Shown here: in pieces, positions 32,262 to 42,955 of the stretch
How the letters are laid out: each line of letters begins with the position of its first letter
Numbering within the stretch: the first letter of the stretch is position 1
Assembly (NCBI GenBank): GCA_050253415.1
Contig: JBFWJC010000008.1
Coordinates: forward strand, 1 to 64,000
DNA from: Pedobacter sp.
GTDB taxonomy: Bacteria > Desulfobacterota > Desulfuromonadia > Desulfuromonadales > Syntrophotaleaceae
Direction: 5' to 3'
DNA: 64,000 nt
Translations under genes and position numbers: made by a program
Notes under the pieces: model-generated
Told to the model about the DNA's origin: nothing
Seen by the model: the letters and a program-made list of their open reading frames with translations, nothing else
Database searches by the model: none

Positions 32262-33494
32262 TCAAATCTTTCTGAACAATAGGCTGGCATTGGTGCCGCC
32301 AAAACCGAAAGAGTTAGACAAGGCACCGTTAACCGCTACACGACGGGCCTCATTGGGAACGTAGTCGAGATCGCATTCAGGGTCAGCTTCTTGATAATTG
32401 ATAGTAGGTGGAATTTCACCACGATCAATAGCCATGACAGAGTAAACCGCTTCCAGACCGCCGGCAGCGCCAAGTGCATGCCCAGTCATACTTTTGGTGG
32501 AACTGACCATGAGCTTGGATGCGTGATCTTTAAAAACCGTTTTAATAGCCATGGTTTCATACAGGTCGTTAAAGTGGGTAGAGGTACCGTGGGCATTGAT
32601 ATAGGTAACCTCTTCCGCCTTCATGCCGGAATTTTTCAAAGCCATTGCCATGCACCGCGCTGCTCCTTCGCCGCCGGGAGCCGGGGCTGTAAGGTGATGC
32701 GCATCGGCAGAAAGGCCATAACCGACAAGTTCAGCATAAATATGAGCACCACGTGCCTTGGCTATCTCGTAATCTTCCAAGACTAGAATGCCAGCACCCT
32801 CAGCCATGACAAAGCCATCACGGTTTTTTTCAAATGGACGGCTAGCAGCCTGGGGATCGTCGTTACGCGTCGAGAGCGCACGCATAACGTTGAACCCGCC
32901 GACAGCCAAAGGCGTGATCGTCGACTCTGCCCCGCCGGCAATCATAACATCCGCGTCGCCACGTTTAATGATATGGTAAGCGTCACCAATGGAATGGGTG
33001 CCACTTGCACAGGCAGATACGGCTGAAACGTTCGGTCCCTTTGCTCCAAACCGCATGGATATCTGGCCGGGAGCCAAATTGGTAATCAACATGGGTATGA
33101 AGAAGGGGGAAATTTTTTTGTAACCACCTTCAAGAAAAGCGGAATGATATTTTTCGATGGTAGGCAGACCTCCGAGGCCGGCACCTACCAGCACACCAAC
33201 ACGCTCGGCATTTTCGTCATTGATGACGAGTTTGGAATCCTTGACAGCTTCATCGGCAGCCGCCAGAGCGTATTGAATGAAGAGATCCATCTTGCGAACC
33301 TCTTTTTTATCTACATAGTCTTCGGCGTTGAAGTCTTTGACTTCACCGGCAATATGGGTCGGAAAGCTCGAGCAATCGAATCGCGTAATCCGATCAATAC
33401 CCGATTTGCCGGCCAACAGGCTCTGCCAGTTTTTCTCTGCCCCATTCCCCAGGGCCGATATAGTACCGATACCGGTTACGACAACTCTACGCAT
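32262..33494 (-). CDS. fabF: 3-oxoacyl-ACP synthase II
   Basis: SACASG catalytic Cys, [22 protein letters not shown]. Confidence 0.96.
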   Translation of the reverse strand: MRRVVVTGIGTISALGNGAEKNWQSLLAGKSGIDRITRFDCSSFPTHIAGEVKDFNAEDYVDKKEVRKMDLFIQYALAAADEAVKDSKLVINDENAERVGVLVGAGLGGLPTIEKYHSAFLEGGYKKISPFFIPMLITNLAPGQISMRFGAKGPNVSAVSACASGTHSIGDAYHIIKRGDADVMIAGGAESTITPLAVGGFNVMRALSTRNDDPQAASRPFEKNRDGFVMAEGAGILVLEDYEIAKARGAHIYAELVGYGLSADAHHLTAPAPGGEGAARCMAMALKNSGMKAEEVTYINAHGTSTHFNDLYETMAIKTVFKDHASKLMVSSTKSMTGHALGAAGGLEAVYSVMAIDRGEIPPTINYQEADPECDLDYVPNEARRVAVNGALSNSFGFGGTNASLLFRKI

Positions 33495-33574
33495 GGTGAA
33501 CTATGCCTCCGTTTTAGGCTTTTTTGTGCCGCCTGCGGAAAACCCTGCCAACAGCCGATCACTTTCGATGCATC

Positions 33575-33620
33575 AAAAAGGGGGGAGGAAGCGCTGTTCG
33601 TGACGCATCCCCCTCCCCCT
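33575..33620 (-). terminator. Stem-loop with U-tract after acpP (partial terminator)
   Basis: Minus strand GGGGAGG...CCTCCCCCC followed by TTTTT. Confidence 0.55.
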
Positions 33621-33638
33621 CAATACCTGCAAGTCAGA

Positions 33639-33872
33639 TCAAGAATTTGCCGAAATATAATCAACGGCATCCTGTACAGTCTGAATCTTTTCAGCGTCTT
33701 CGTCGGAGATTTCGATATCGAATTCTTCTTCGAGAGCCATAACCAGTTCTACAGTGTCAAGGGAATCGGCACCAAGGTCGTCCATGAAAGAAGCATCTCC
33801 GGTTACCTGTGCTTCATCTACACCCAACTGCTCAGCAATAATCTGTTGTACTCTTTCCTCGATAGAAGCCAT
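33639..33872 (-). CDS. acpP: Acyl carrier protein
   Basis: [14 protein letters not shown]. Confidence 0.97.
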   Translation of the reverse strand: MASIEERVQQIIAEQLGVDEAQVTGDASFMDDLGADSLDTVELVMALEEEFDIEISDEDAEKIQTVQDAVDYISANS

Positions 33873-33947
33873 CTGCTTCACCTCCTTGTTGTTGTTCGGA
33901 CCGATACAGAATCGGACTGAAGACTATACTCGCGAAATTTTACTTTG

Positions 33948-34685
33948 TTACATGTACATGCCACCGTTAACGCCCAGTACCTGACCGGTGATATACGCGG
34001 CTTGATCAGATGCCAGGAATAGTACGGCGGAAACAATATCTTCGGCTTCGCCGAACCGTCCGAGAGGAATCTGCCCGAGCAGACTCTCTTTGACTTTTTC
34101 GTTCAGAACCTCAGTCATATCCGTAACGATAAAACCAGGTGTAACCGCATTTACGGTAACGTTACGCTTGGAAAGCTCACGAGCGACCGATTTAGTCAAT
34201 CCAATAAGCCCGGCCTTGCTGGCGCAGTAGTTGGCCTGGCCGGCATTGCCCATTTCGCCCACAACGGAAGAAATATTAATTATTCGGCCAACACGCTGCT
34301 TGCCCATGATTTTGGCCGCAGCACGAGAACACAAAAAAGCGCCTTTTAGATTGGTATCGAGAACAGCATCCCAATCAGCGTCTTTCATCCGCACCAAAAG
34401 ATTATCACGGGTGATACCAGCATTGTTGACCAAAATGTCAACCCGGCCAAATGCCTCCATCGCGGTATCAAACAAACGCTCTACATCAGCAGAGCTGGAA
34501 ATATCGGTCGGTACGCTGAGGGCTTCGCCCCCAAGCTCACAAACTTCTTTGACCAGGCTTTCAAGTGCTTCAGTACTCCGCGCTGACACAACAACCTTGG
34601 CACCACACTCTGCCATTTTCAAAGCTATGGCGCGACCGATACCACGCGAGGCACCCGTTACAATTGCAACTTTATCCTTCAACAT
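33948..34685 (-). CDS. fabG: 3-oxoacyl-ACP reductase
   Basis: TGASRGIG, NNAGITRD, YCASK. Confidence 0.96.
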   Translation of the reverse strand: MLKDKVAIVTGASRGIGRAIALKMAECGAKVVVSARSTEALESLVKEVCELGGEALSVPTDISSSADVERLFDTAMEAFGRVDILVNNAGITRDNLLVRMKDADWDAVLDTNLKGAFLCSRAAAKIMGKQRVGRIINISSVVGEMGNAGQANYCASKAGLIGLTKSVARELSKRNVTVNAVTPGFIVTDMTEVLNEKVKESLLGQIPLGRFGEAEDIVSAVLFLASDQAAYITGQVLGVNGGMYM

Positions 34686-34698
34686 ATTTCACTCCCTC

Positions 34699-35625
34699 TC
34701 ACAGCGCCGGCGTAAAAGCCTTCAGGTCGGCTACGGTCCCTATGTTCTGGATGGCCGAACCCTTTGCGATACGCTTGATCAGGCCAGCAAGCACCTTACC
34801 GGGCCCAATTTCGACAAAGCGTTCAACACCTGAGTCGATCATGTTAACGACAGACTCTTCCCAACGCACTGGAGAATATACCTGGCGCACCAGCAAATCA
34901 CGCACCGCCCCTGCATCACGATTGGCGACAGCATCGACATTACTGACTACAGGACAGCTAAGTTCGGCAACAGCAACGCCAGCTAGAACAGCCTCAAGCT
35001 GTTTGGCGGCGGGTTCCATGAGCATACAATGAAAAGGAGCACTTACAGGTAGCGGTAGGGCTCGTTTAGCACCACGCTCTTTAGCAAGCTCCATAGCCCG
35101 CTGTACAGCAGATACATGCCCGGCAATAACTATCTGACCGGGACTGTTGTAATTGGCCGGCGCAACAATCTCGTTCATGGCAACATCCTGGCAGACCTGA
35201 TCCACGATCTCGTTATCAAGGCCAATAATGGCAGCCATGGTCCCCATGCCTACGGGAACGGCATCCTGCATGAACATGCCGCGTTGCCGCACTGTGCGAA
35301 TTGCATCTTCGAAGGTGATTGCTCCGGCACATACCAACGCGGCATATTCACCGAGAGAATGTCCGGCAACACAGCCAGGAGTTAAACCTGTCTCTCCATG
35401 AAATACACGTAACGCGGCAATGCTTGCGGCAACAATGGCAGGCTGCGTATTAGCGGTCAACTTCAGCTCTTCCTCGGGCCCTTCGAAACACAGTTTCGCA
35501 AGATCGATTCCGAGCGCGTCGTTCGCTTCTTCAAAGGTCACTCGAGCCAGGGGAAAGTTTTCCGCCAGATCTTTACCCATACCGGCATATTGAGATCCCT
35601 GTCCGGGAAACACGAAAGCAGTCAT
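34699..35625 (-). CDS. fabD: Malonyl-CoA:ACP transacylase
   Basis: FPGQGSQ, GHSLGEY, SAPFH. Confidence 0.96.
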   Translation of the reverse strand: MTAFVFPGQGSQYAGMGKDLAENFPLARVTFEEANDALGIDLAKLCFEGPEEELKLTANTQPAIVAASIAALRVFHGETGLTPGCVAGHSLGEYAALVCAGAITFEDAIRTVRQRGMFMQDAVPVGMGTMAAIIGLDNEIVDQVCQDVAMNEIVAPANYNSPGQIVIAGHVSAVQRAMELAKERGAKRALPLPVSAPFHCMLMEPAAKQLEAVLAGVAVAELSCPVVSNVDAVANRDAGAVRDLLVRQVYSPVRWEESVVNMIDSGVERFVEIGPGKVLAGLIKRIAKGSAIQNIGTVADLKAFTPAL

Positions 35626-35656
35626 GTGAAGTATTATCTCCTTTACGACAGGGGCT

Positions 35657-36640
35657 TTACCACCGAAAAAGGGCAGAGCCCCATGTAAAGCCTCCACCAA
35701 ATGCATTCAGCAACACAACATCACCGGTCTTGATCCGACCTCCCCTGTGCGCCTCATCAAGAGCTATGGGGATGGAAGCAGCCGATGTATTGCCAACGCG
35801 GTCAACGTTGACCATGACCTTTTCAAGGGGGACACCCAATCGTTTCGCTGTGGCCTCGAGAATCCGTCGATTAGCTTGATGGGGAATGAGAAGATCCACG
35901 TCACTTGCCGTCAGATCATTTGCAGCGAGGGCTTCTTCTCCGGCTTCACACAGCGACCGTACAGCGACCTTGAAAACTTCATTGCCCTGCATCTGAACAA
36001 ACGGATTGCCAGCTTCGGCGGTCGAGCTATCGGCAGGGTTACGGGAACCCTGTCCCATTTGGTACAATAACGGCCAGCAACTACCGTCTGTGTGAAGATG
36101 GCAGCTTAACAAGCCCCTATCTTCTTCTCCGGCCTCAAGCACGACAGCACCCGCACCATCGCCAAACAGAATGCAGGTACCCCTATCCTTCCAATCCACT
36201 ATCCTGCTGAACACCTCGGCGCCAATCAGCAATATCTTCTTGGCGGTTCCCGACTGGATATAACTATTAGCAATAGACAGCCCATAAAGAAAACCACTGC
36301 ATGCTGCAGATATATCGAATGCAAAAGCACGACTGGCCTGTAAGTTACTCTGTACAAGGCATGCGGTAGCCGGCCAATTGAAATCGCCGGTCACCGTAGC
36401 AACAATAATAAGATCGATTTCATCTGCAGCAACACCGGCCATGGACATGGCGCGCCTGGCGGCTTCAGTTGCAAGATCAGAGGTATGCTCACCGTCAGTT
36501 GCAATGCGACGTTCGCGGATACCTGTACGGGTCCAGATCCATTCATCCGTTGTGTCGACTAACTGCTCCAGATCAGCGTTGGTCAAAACTTTTTCAGGTA
36601 GATAGGATCCAGTACCAGTAATACACGTTCGCTTCATCAT
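35657..36640 (-). CDS. fabH: 3-oxoacyl-ACP synthase III
   Basis: AACSGF, FGDGAGA, PHQAN, GNTSAAS. Confidence 0.96.
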   Translation of the reverse strand: MMKRTCITGTGSYLPEKVLTNADLEQLVDTTDEWIWTRTGIRERRIATDGEHTSDLATEAARRAMSMAGVAADEIDLIIVATVTGDFNWPATACLVQSNLQASRAFAFDISAACSGFLYGLSIANSYIQSGTAKKILLIGAEVFSRIVDWKDRGTCILFGDGAGAVVLEAGEEDRGLLSCHLHTDGSCWPLLYQMGQGSRNPADSSTAEAGNPFVQMQGNEVFKVAVRSLCEAGEEALAANDLTASDVDLLIPHQANRRILEATAKRLGVPLEKVMVNVDRVGNTSAASIPIALDEAHRGGRIKTGDVVLLNAFGGGFTWGSALFRW

Positions 36641-36673
36641 ACTGCAAAACTCCAAACGGGGAATGTCAAAGAA

Positions 36674-37717
36674 CTATCGAACGCCGGCTTCAACAGCATC
36701 ATCACCAGCCCCATCTCTTTCAAGACCAAGCTGAGTAATTAAACGCTCATTGATACGCTGCGATACGGATTCCCTCGCCATGTGAATGGCATTCTTAATG
36801 GCACGGGCATTCGACCCGCCATGGCAGATCATGCCTGTACCCTGAATGCCAAGAAGCGGTGCTCCGCCATACTCTGCGTAATCCACCTTTTTCTTGAATG
36901 CGCGAAACGCAGGGCGCGCCAAAAGGTAACCAAGCTTGGCCAGGAACCGCTGCTTAATTTCACCTTTCAGCATATCACCGATGGCCTCAGAGAGACCTTC
37001 GGAAACCTTAAGCACCACGTTGCCCACAAAACCGTCGCACACCACAACATCGACGTCACCACTAAAAACATCGCGGCCTTCAACAAACCCGATATAATTC
37101 AGTGTGGAATGCTTGAGAAGCTTATGTGCTTCCCGCGCCAGTTCATTGCCCTTGCTCTCCTCTTCTCCATTGGAGAGAACGCCAACCTTGGGACGGTTCT
37201 TGCCAAGCATGAACTTGGCATAAACAGCCCCCATAGTTCCGAACTGCGCGAGGTGAATCGGCTTGCAATCAACATTTGCCCCGCCATCCAACAACACCGT
37301 CTGGCTCTTCTTATTGGGCAAGATGGTTGCTATGGCTGGCCGATCAATCCCAGGTATCCTCTTCAATAGAAACATACCAACGGCCATCGTCGCGCCTGAA
37401 TTGCCCGCACTGACTACGGCATGCACGTCACCACGACGCAGCAACTCAAAAGCAACTCTGATCGAAGAATCCTTCTTTTTCCGAACAGCATCAGACGGCG
37501 AATCATGCATGCCAACAACTTCGCTGGCATGCTGAATGGTAATATCCAGACCCGATACGGGATACCTGGACAGTGCCTCTTCAAGCCGAACCTGATCGCC
37601 GACCAGAACAACCGGAATCTTCCACTCTCTTGCGGCAGCAACCGCACCTTCCACCTCGACCTCAGGGGCATTATCCCCCCCCATAGCATCGACGGCAACT
37701 ACTATTCGTTCGTTCAA
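36674..37717 (-). CDS. plsX: Phosphate acyltransferase PlsX
   Basis: [31 protein letters not shown]. Confidence 0.96.
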   Translation of the reverse strand: MNERIVVAVDAMGGDNAPEVEVEGAVAAAREWKIPVVLVGDQVRLEEALSRYPVSGLDITIQHASEVVGMHDSPSDAVRKKKDSSIRVAFELLRRGDVHAVVSAGNSGATMAVGMFLLKRIPGIDRPAIATILPNKKSQTVLLDGGANVDCKPIHLAQFGTMGAVYAKFMLGKNRPKVGVLSNGEEESKGNELAREAHKLLKHSTLNYIGFVEGRDVFSGDVDVVVCDGFVGNVVLKVSEGLSEAIGDMLKGEIKQRFLAKLGYLLARPAFRAFKKKVDYAEYGGAPLLGIQGTGMICHGGSNARAIKNAIHMARESVSQRINERLITQLGLERDGAGDDAVEAGVR

Positions 37718-37740
37718 TCGGACGTCCTTTTTATAGGAGT

Positions 37741-37917
37741 TTATTCGGTTTCAACGACGTCCTTACCCTTGTAACTGCCGCAACTTGCACAAACTCTATG
37801 AGGCTGCTTCGGTTCCTTACACTGCGGACAGGTAGAAATCCCGGGAGCGGTCAAAAAGTCATGGGCCCGACGCATATCACGTTTCGATTTGGAGGTTTTC
37901 TTCTTCGGTACTGCCAT
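37741..37917 (-). CDS. rpmF: 50S ribosomal protein L32 (zinc-binding form)
   Basis: [13 protein letters not shown], two CxxC. Confidence 0.96.
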   Translation of the reverse strand: MAVPKKKTSKSKRDMRRAHDFLTAPGISTCPQCKEPKQPHRVCASCGSYKGKDVVETE

Positions 37918-37998
37918 TTTAAAACTCCTTCCAAGCGGCCACCAGGGCCGATTAATTGTGTCTGCTAAAAACACCAACAGGTTGCAAAAAAGTATACA

Positions 37999-38553
37999 TC
38001 AATCGCTTTTTTTAATCTTAAAATCCTTAAGGGCAGCAAATTTTCCACCCATAGCCTGATCACGACATCCGCAATCGCCATCATTAAGGTCCGCGCCACA
38101 CTGTGAACACAACCCCAGACAGTCTTCACGACAAAGGGGTTTAAAAGGTAACGCCATCACAACCTGTTCCTGAACCGTTTCAGTGAGATCGATTTCGTCC
38201 CCTTCAAAAGCAAGCATCCCCAGATCGTCGGCCTGAAGCTCGACTTCACCGTCGTCGCCACCTTCGTCCATAGCCGGCAGTTGCCGAGCATAAGTGACGG
38301 AAAAGGTTGCATCAAGAGGTTGTTCAAATTCCTGCAGGCACCGACAACACTGAAGACGAACTGTAGTCGTTACGGAACCTTCAACGATTACCATCCCCTC
38401 AAACTTGCGTGCCATCAGCCGGATATCGAGGGGTTGAACAAAAACCGCCTCCCCCTCAGCATGAAGTTCATTCAGCGCAGGAAAACGATCAAATGCTTCA
38501 ATCGACTCAAGGGACAAACCCTGTTCCTTGATGTCGTCCAGGTCGATGATCAA
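37999..38553 (-). CDS. yceD: YceD/DUF177 family protein
   Basis: C.RCL, LP..PLCREDC.GLC..CG.DLN..C.C; upstream of rpmF; start approximate. Confidence 0.9.
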   Translation of the reverse strand: MIIDLDDIKEQGLSLESIEAFDRFPALNELHAEGEAVFVQPLDIRLMARKFEGMVIVEGSVTTTVRLQCCRCLQEFEQPLDATFSVTYARQLPAMDEGGDDGEVELQADDLGMLAFEGDEIDLTETVQEQVVMALPFKPLCREDCLGLCSQCGADLNDGDCGCRDQAMGGKFAALKDFKIKKSD

Positions 38554-38596
38554 AAGCAGTATCTCCAAAAAAGTGACAGGCCGCAGGTAAGCGGGT

Positions 38597-38626
38597 AGTA
38601 TAAGGCTTGACCTCGGTTTGTCAAGC
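38597..38626 (-). promoter_or_regulatory. Sigma-70 promoter of the yceD-rpmF-plsX-fab operon with overlapping palindrome
   Basis: Minus strand TTGACA-N16-TATACT; GCTTGAC-N8-GTCAAGC at 38605-38626. Confidence 0.65.
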
Positions 38627-38780
38627 GAAAAGGTCGTCCACAATCAGTATCATACCGGCCAGAGCCAGCAACTTACTAGCCTATTCCGCAATGCAATGCA
38701 AGCAATTATTTTACACACAGCAGTTGCAGTAAGCGGATGAATGGGATAGAAACAGACAACTTCCCAACAAGGATACCATC

Positions 38781-39617
38781 ATGCATAAAAAGTTTTTACA
38801 GCCGGGCATCGATCGCCTCCAGGAAATAGTCGCCACCCTGCGCTCCCCAGGGGGGTGTCCCTGGGACGCCAAGCAAACTCCGGAAAGCCTCAAATCACAC
38901 ATCATTGAAGAAACCTACGAAGTTCTTGAGGCAATCGATCTCGGCAACGCAAAGGCTATTTGCGAAGAACTTGGAGATCTTCTTTTACAGGTTGTTTTCC
39001 AAGCCAGGATTTTTGAAGAGAGAGGACTTTTCAGTTTGGAGGACGTCGCCAATGGTATCGCCGACAAACTTGAACGCCGCCACCCTCATGTCTTTAATAA
39101 ATCTCACAACCCGACCGACACCGATCTCCACAAACAATGGGAAAGAATCAAACGGGAAGAAAAATCACAACAAGGCCAACCAACTCCCACGCTTGGCAAC
39201 ACCCCCCCACATCTTCCGGCACTCTTAAAGGCAAAAAAAATCACGCAAAAAGCCAGTCGCGCAGGTTTTGACTGGCCTGATCTAAGCTTCGCCCTGGCCA
39301 AAGTCCATGAAGAACTCGCGGAATGCGAAGAAGCTTTCCTGGAATCGGACCACCATAAGAAAGAAGACGAATTGGGCGACCTCCTGTTTGCTGTCGTAAA
39401 TGTTGGTCGACTTCTTGATATAGATGCCGAAAATGCTTTAGGAAAAACCATCAATCGATTTACCAGACGGTTCACCCTGGTGGAAAAGACGCTTAACAAC
39501 CAGGGACGCAATATAGACAGCGCATCCTTTAATGAATTACTCCGCCTGTGGAACGACGCAAAACAGCAAGATGCTTGTTCCTTTCAAGGTAGCCAGAGCA
39601 CACCACCACAGTGCTGA
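38781..39617 (+). CDS. mazG: Nucleoside triphosphate pyrophosphohydrolase MazG
   Basis: GCPWD..QT, EE.YE, EELGDLL, RRHPHVF, second ELGDLLF. Confidence 0.95.
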   Translation: MHKKFLQPGIDRLQEIVATLRSPGGCPWDAKQTPESLKSHIIEETYEVLEAIDLGNAKAICEELGDLLLQVVFQARIFEERGLFSLEDVANGIADKLERRHPHVFNKSHNPTDTDLHKQWERIKREEKSQQGQPTPTLGNTPPHLPALLKAKKITQKASRAGFDWPDLSFALAKVHEELAECEEAFLESDHHKKEDELGDLLFAVVNVGRLLDIDAENALGKTINRFTRRFTLVEKTLNNQGRNIDSASFNELLRLWNDAKQQDACSFQGSQSTPPQC

Positions 39618-39689
39618 CAGGATGAACGTCAACAACATCCAATCGTCAATAAACGGAAAAACTATCGCATCTTCAAGCCCCTTCAACCT

Positions 39690-39735
39690 TTTTCCACACC
39701 TTTCGTGGAAAACCAGTGGATAACCCTGTGGAAAG
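39690..39735. promoter_or_regulatory. Cluster of four DnaA-box-like 9-mers
   Basis: TTTTCCACA -5- CGTGGAAAA -2- AGTGGATAA -3- TGTGGAAAG. Confidence 0.65.
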
Positions 39736-40074
39736 CGCCTCCCACCCCCTATCCTTCACGGGCTCCAACAAACTGCCCATTTTATAATCATCTTTACATT
39801 ACATAATATATTCGGTAACTTACAACCAAAAACCAATAAGTTTTAGCGGCATATAAAATAATGCACAACGATACCATTGGTCGTTCGATGAGAATTCTAA
39901 TAATACGTTGAAAGGTTGTTTTTTTGCTAAAAAGTAAGGCGTTTAGGACGTCATTGAAAGGAATAATTGCGGAAAATGAATTTCCAGGTCGACGTCTCTA
40001 TGAGATCGACAATCCACTGCAATGTTCATCAGGGCATGCTGCAAACATCCATAACCCCGACCAACCTTCAGGAC

Positions 40075-40106
40075 AAAACAACCCCCTTCATAACAGAAGG
40101 GGGTTG
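40075..40106 (-). terminator. Intrinsic terminator after tRNA-Arg
   Basis: Stem caacccccttc / gaagggggttg followed by a T-tract on the minus strand. Confidence 0.8.
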
Positions 40107-40116
40107 CAGGTAAAAT

Positions 40117-40193
40117 TGGCGGCCCCGGCGCGATTCGAACGCACGACCTATCGCTTAGGAGGCGACCGCTCTATCCAACTGAGCTACGGGGCC
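40117..40193 (-). tRNA. tRNA-Arg (anticodon CCT)
   Basis: 77-nt cloverleaf GGCCCCG...GTCGC-CTCCTAA-GCGAT...TTCGAAT...CGGGGCC-GCCA. Confidence 0.96.
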
Positions 40194-40254
40194 TATGAGG
40201 GGGTAGTTTATACACCATCCTCAAATTGATTGGCAAGGTATTTATTGTTAACGA

Positions 40255-40791
40255 TCAAAACTTAAGCAGGCTAAACACCTTGTCGGACGGCAAACGATCA
40301 CGGCCATTTAAAAACTCCAACTCAGCCAGAAACGCACATTCAACCACTTCCGCACCGGATTCCCTGACCAATTCGACAACCGCCGCCACTGTTCCCCCGG
40401 TAGCCAACAGATCATCCGCTACAACCACCCGGTCGCCCGGCTTGAATGCATCGGCATGTATCTCGAGAGTATCCGTGCCATATTCAAGCTGGTAGGTCTT
40501 TTTGATCGTTTTATAAGGTAACTTCCCAGGCTTACGCACCAAAGTGATCCCGGTCCCAAGCTTATAAGCTAAGGCTGCACCCAGGATAAATCCTCGCGCT
40601 TCGACACCAACAATCTGGTCAATCTTTTGCCCTATATACCGATGAGCAATCAAATCAACCATGCGGTGATAGCTTTTCGCATCAGCCAAAAGTGTCGTGA
40701 TATCTTTAAAAACAATTCCCTTTTTGGGAAAATCGGGGATATCCCGAATCACATTACGCAAGTCATCCACGTTAAAAATCCTTTCTGTCAT
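40255..40791 (-). CDS. apt: Adenine phosphoribosyltransferase
   Basis: [31 protein letters not shown]. Confidence 0.96.
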   Translation of the reverse strand: MTERIFNVDDLRNVIRDIPDFPKKGIVFKDITTLLADAKSYHRMVDLIAHRYIGQKIDQIVGVEARGFILGAALAYKLGTGITLVRKPGKLPYKTIKKTYQLEYGTDTLEIHADAFKPGDRVVVADDLLATGGTVAAVVELVRESGAEVVECAFLAELEFLNGRDRLPSDKVFSLLKF

Positions 40792-40826
40792 ACAAAATCT
40801 TTCACAGTCAAGTGGTTATCCCGGCA

Positions 40827-41879
40827 TCAGGATCGATGACCCAACTCTCTTTCCATAAAAGCAGAACTGGCTGATTCCTGTTCTTCCATGAGGTTACGTA
40901 GCTTTTGAAGACTCTTTGCTTCGATCTGGCGAATGCGTTCTCTGGTGACACCAAACTTTCTGCCTATGGTATCCAAAGTCTGCGGATCCTGATCGTTCAG
41001 ACCAAACCGCAACACAAGAATTTCCTGTTCATTTTCACTTAACGTAGCAAACCAGTTACAGACATGAGCATATTTATTAATATCATCAACAAAAACTGAG
41101 GGATTATCTGCATTCGTATCCTCAATGGTGTCAATGAGACTGTAGTCGCGATTCTCGCCCATGGGGTGCTCAATGGAGTAGGTTTTTTTGACAAGTACCA
41201 TTAGCCTTCGAATATAAGAAGGTTCAACTCCCATATATTCGGCGATCTCTTCAACCTTTGGTTCCCGGTTAAACTGATGAATCAGCTCTCGACTGATCTT
41301 GATGAACTTATTGATGTCATCTGAAACATGAACCGGCAAACGAATGGTTCGACTTTGATTCACCAATGCCCGCTCAATGGATTGACGGATCCACCACGTC
41401 GCATAGGTGGAGAAACGGCATTCTTTGCTTAGCTTAAAACGTTCGACTGCCTTTATAAGTCCCATATTGCCCTCCTCGATCAAATCGAGAAACGGCAAAC
41501 CGCGGTTCATATACCGCTTGGCTATTTTAACAACAAGCCGCAAATTCGATTCTATCATCCTGTCCCGGGCAGCCATGTCTCCTTCAGAGATACGCCGCGC
41601 AAGCATGCGCTCCTCTTCAGCAGTCAGCAACTTTGTTTTTTGAATTTCTTTCAGGTATAGCTTTATAGCATCATCGGATGGTCCGTCTTCTTTTTTTGGG
41701 GTTTCCTCTTCCGACTCCTCGGACTCCTCGGACTCCTCGGACTCTTCAGATTCATCGGTTTCCTCTACCTCATCCATACTATCCAGAGAATCGAAGCCGT
41801 CGTCTTTCATATCCAGCGCCTCTTCCTCAATAATGTCTTCCTGCGTATCATTTTTATAATGCTTACGAATCTTGCCCAT
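40827..41879 (-). CDS. rpoS: RNA polymerase sigma factor, RpoS-type group 2
   Basis: NLRLVV, DLIEEGN, FSTYATWWIRQ, TRERIRQIE; surE-pcm-yqaA-nlpD context. Confidence 0.88.
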   Translation of the reverse strand: MGKIRKHYKNDTQEDIIEEEALDMKDDGFDSLDSMDEVEETDESEESEESEESEESEEETPKKEDGPSDDAIKLYLKEIQKTKLLTAEEERMLARRISEGDMAARDRMIESNLRLVVKIAKRYMNRGLPFLDLIEEGNMGLIKAVERFKLSKECRFSTYATWWIRQSIERALVNQSRTIRLPVHVSDDINKFIKISRELIHQFNREPKVEEIAEYMGVEPSYIRRLMVLVKKTYSIEHPMGENRDYSLIDTIEDTNADNPSVFVDDINKYAHVCNWFATLSENEQEILVLRFGLNDQDPQTLDTIGRKFGVTRERIRQIEAKSLQKLRNLMEEQESASSAFMERELGHRS

Positions 41880-42083
41880 AAAAAATCCGTCCTCCCCGTA
41901 GTCCGAATGAGACCACTATATTCGATCCCAACAGACCAATCCTCGTAAAGAATACGCCGCAGTCTCCATCTATCCACCGTACCGGCCTTGCACCACAAAA
42001 AACACCCGACCACTCCTTCTGAATACCTGAAGAAACCTAATCACCACGCGCCACAAACAAGGCAGCGATTTCTACTCCCTTTA

Positions 42084-42920
42084 TCAGGGCAAGCAAGCCA
42101 CGGGATTTAAGGCATTTTTACCATGTCGGATTTCGAAATGAAGACGCGAGCCATCACATCCTGGCGGTGATCCCCCAAGCGCAATACGCTCCCCCTTACT
42201 GACATAAGCACCGGTGCTGACAAGGTTTTTCTTATTAAATCCATACACGGTATAAAAATCGTCCGCATGTTTTAGAATAATAAGATTTCCATAGCCGCTA
42301 ATGCCATTGTCACTGTAGGTCACACGTCCTGCCGCTGCTGCAACAATATTTTGTCCATATTTCACTTCGATCTCAACGCCTTTGCGTCCGCCATAACCCT
42401 GTTGTCCAAAAGGCTTCAACAGTTTACCATGAACTGGCCAGATAAAATTGGCAGGGGGTGTTTTCTCAGCATTTTTTTTAATCGATGATGAATTTTTTAC
42501 AGAGGAGGTCGCAGGCACGCGACTGGCTACGGGCTTTACATTGGCCCTTGAAGAACTTGAAGGTTTTGAGGCAGGCTTACTTGGCAGGGGTTTGCGTTGC
42601 GTATCAGCGGCGACGGTAGCCGTTGCCGGAACATACCTGCGCCTGCTGGCCCCCGGAATCAAAAGACGCTTACCCACTTTAAGCTGAGAAGGATCGTAGA
42701 TACCATTAACGCGAGCGAGATAATCAGGATCAACCTTATAAGTCTGTCCGATCCTATAGAGTGTCTGACCGGACTGAACGGTGTGATACACTCCCCGTGG
42801 CGGGCTGCAACCAAAAAACAAAACCAGCCAAATCAAAAGGCAACCGGTCTTAGCAACATCGCAGATGCTGACAAAAGACCGTATAGACCTGATCGAATCA
42901 TGGGAACGATACCTAAGCAT
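42084..42920 (-). CDS. nlpD: NlpD-like LysM / M23-domain lipoprotein
   Basis: Lipobox FFGC, LysM (HTVQSGQTLYRI), low-complexity linker, degenerate M23 (F.WP, LHFEIR); start uncertain. Confidence 0.85.
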   Translation of the reverse strand: MLRYRSHDSIRSIRSFVSICDVAKTGCLLIWLVLFFGCSPPRGVYHTVQSGQTLYRIGQTYKVDPDYLARVNGIYDPSQLKVGKRLLIPGASRRRYVPATATVAADTQRKPLPSKPASKPSSSSRANVKPVASRVPATSSVKNSSSIKKNAEKTPPANFIWPVHGKLLKPFGQQGYGGRKGVEIEVKYGQNIVAAAAGRVTYSDNGISGYGNLIILKHADDFYTVYGFNKKNLVSTGAYVSKGERIALGGSPPGCDGSRLHFEIRHGKNALNPVACLP

Positions 42921-42955
42921 CTTAGAGCATATCCAAACGGGAGAGAATCAAAATT

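Noticed and set aside
39620..40075. oriC, or an integrated element at the tRNA-Arg 3' end
   Set aside because: No dnaA/dnaN/rpmH/gidA nearby and no switch in gene strand bias; no integrase or duplicated tRNA end. Kept only as a DARS-like candidate.
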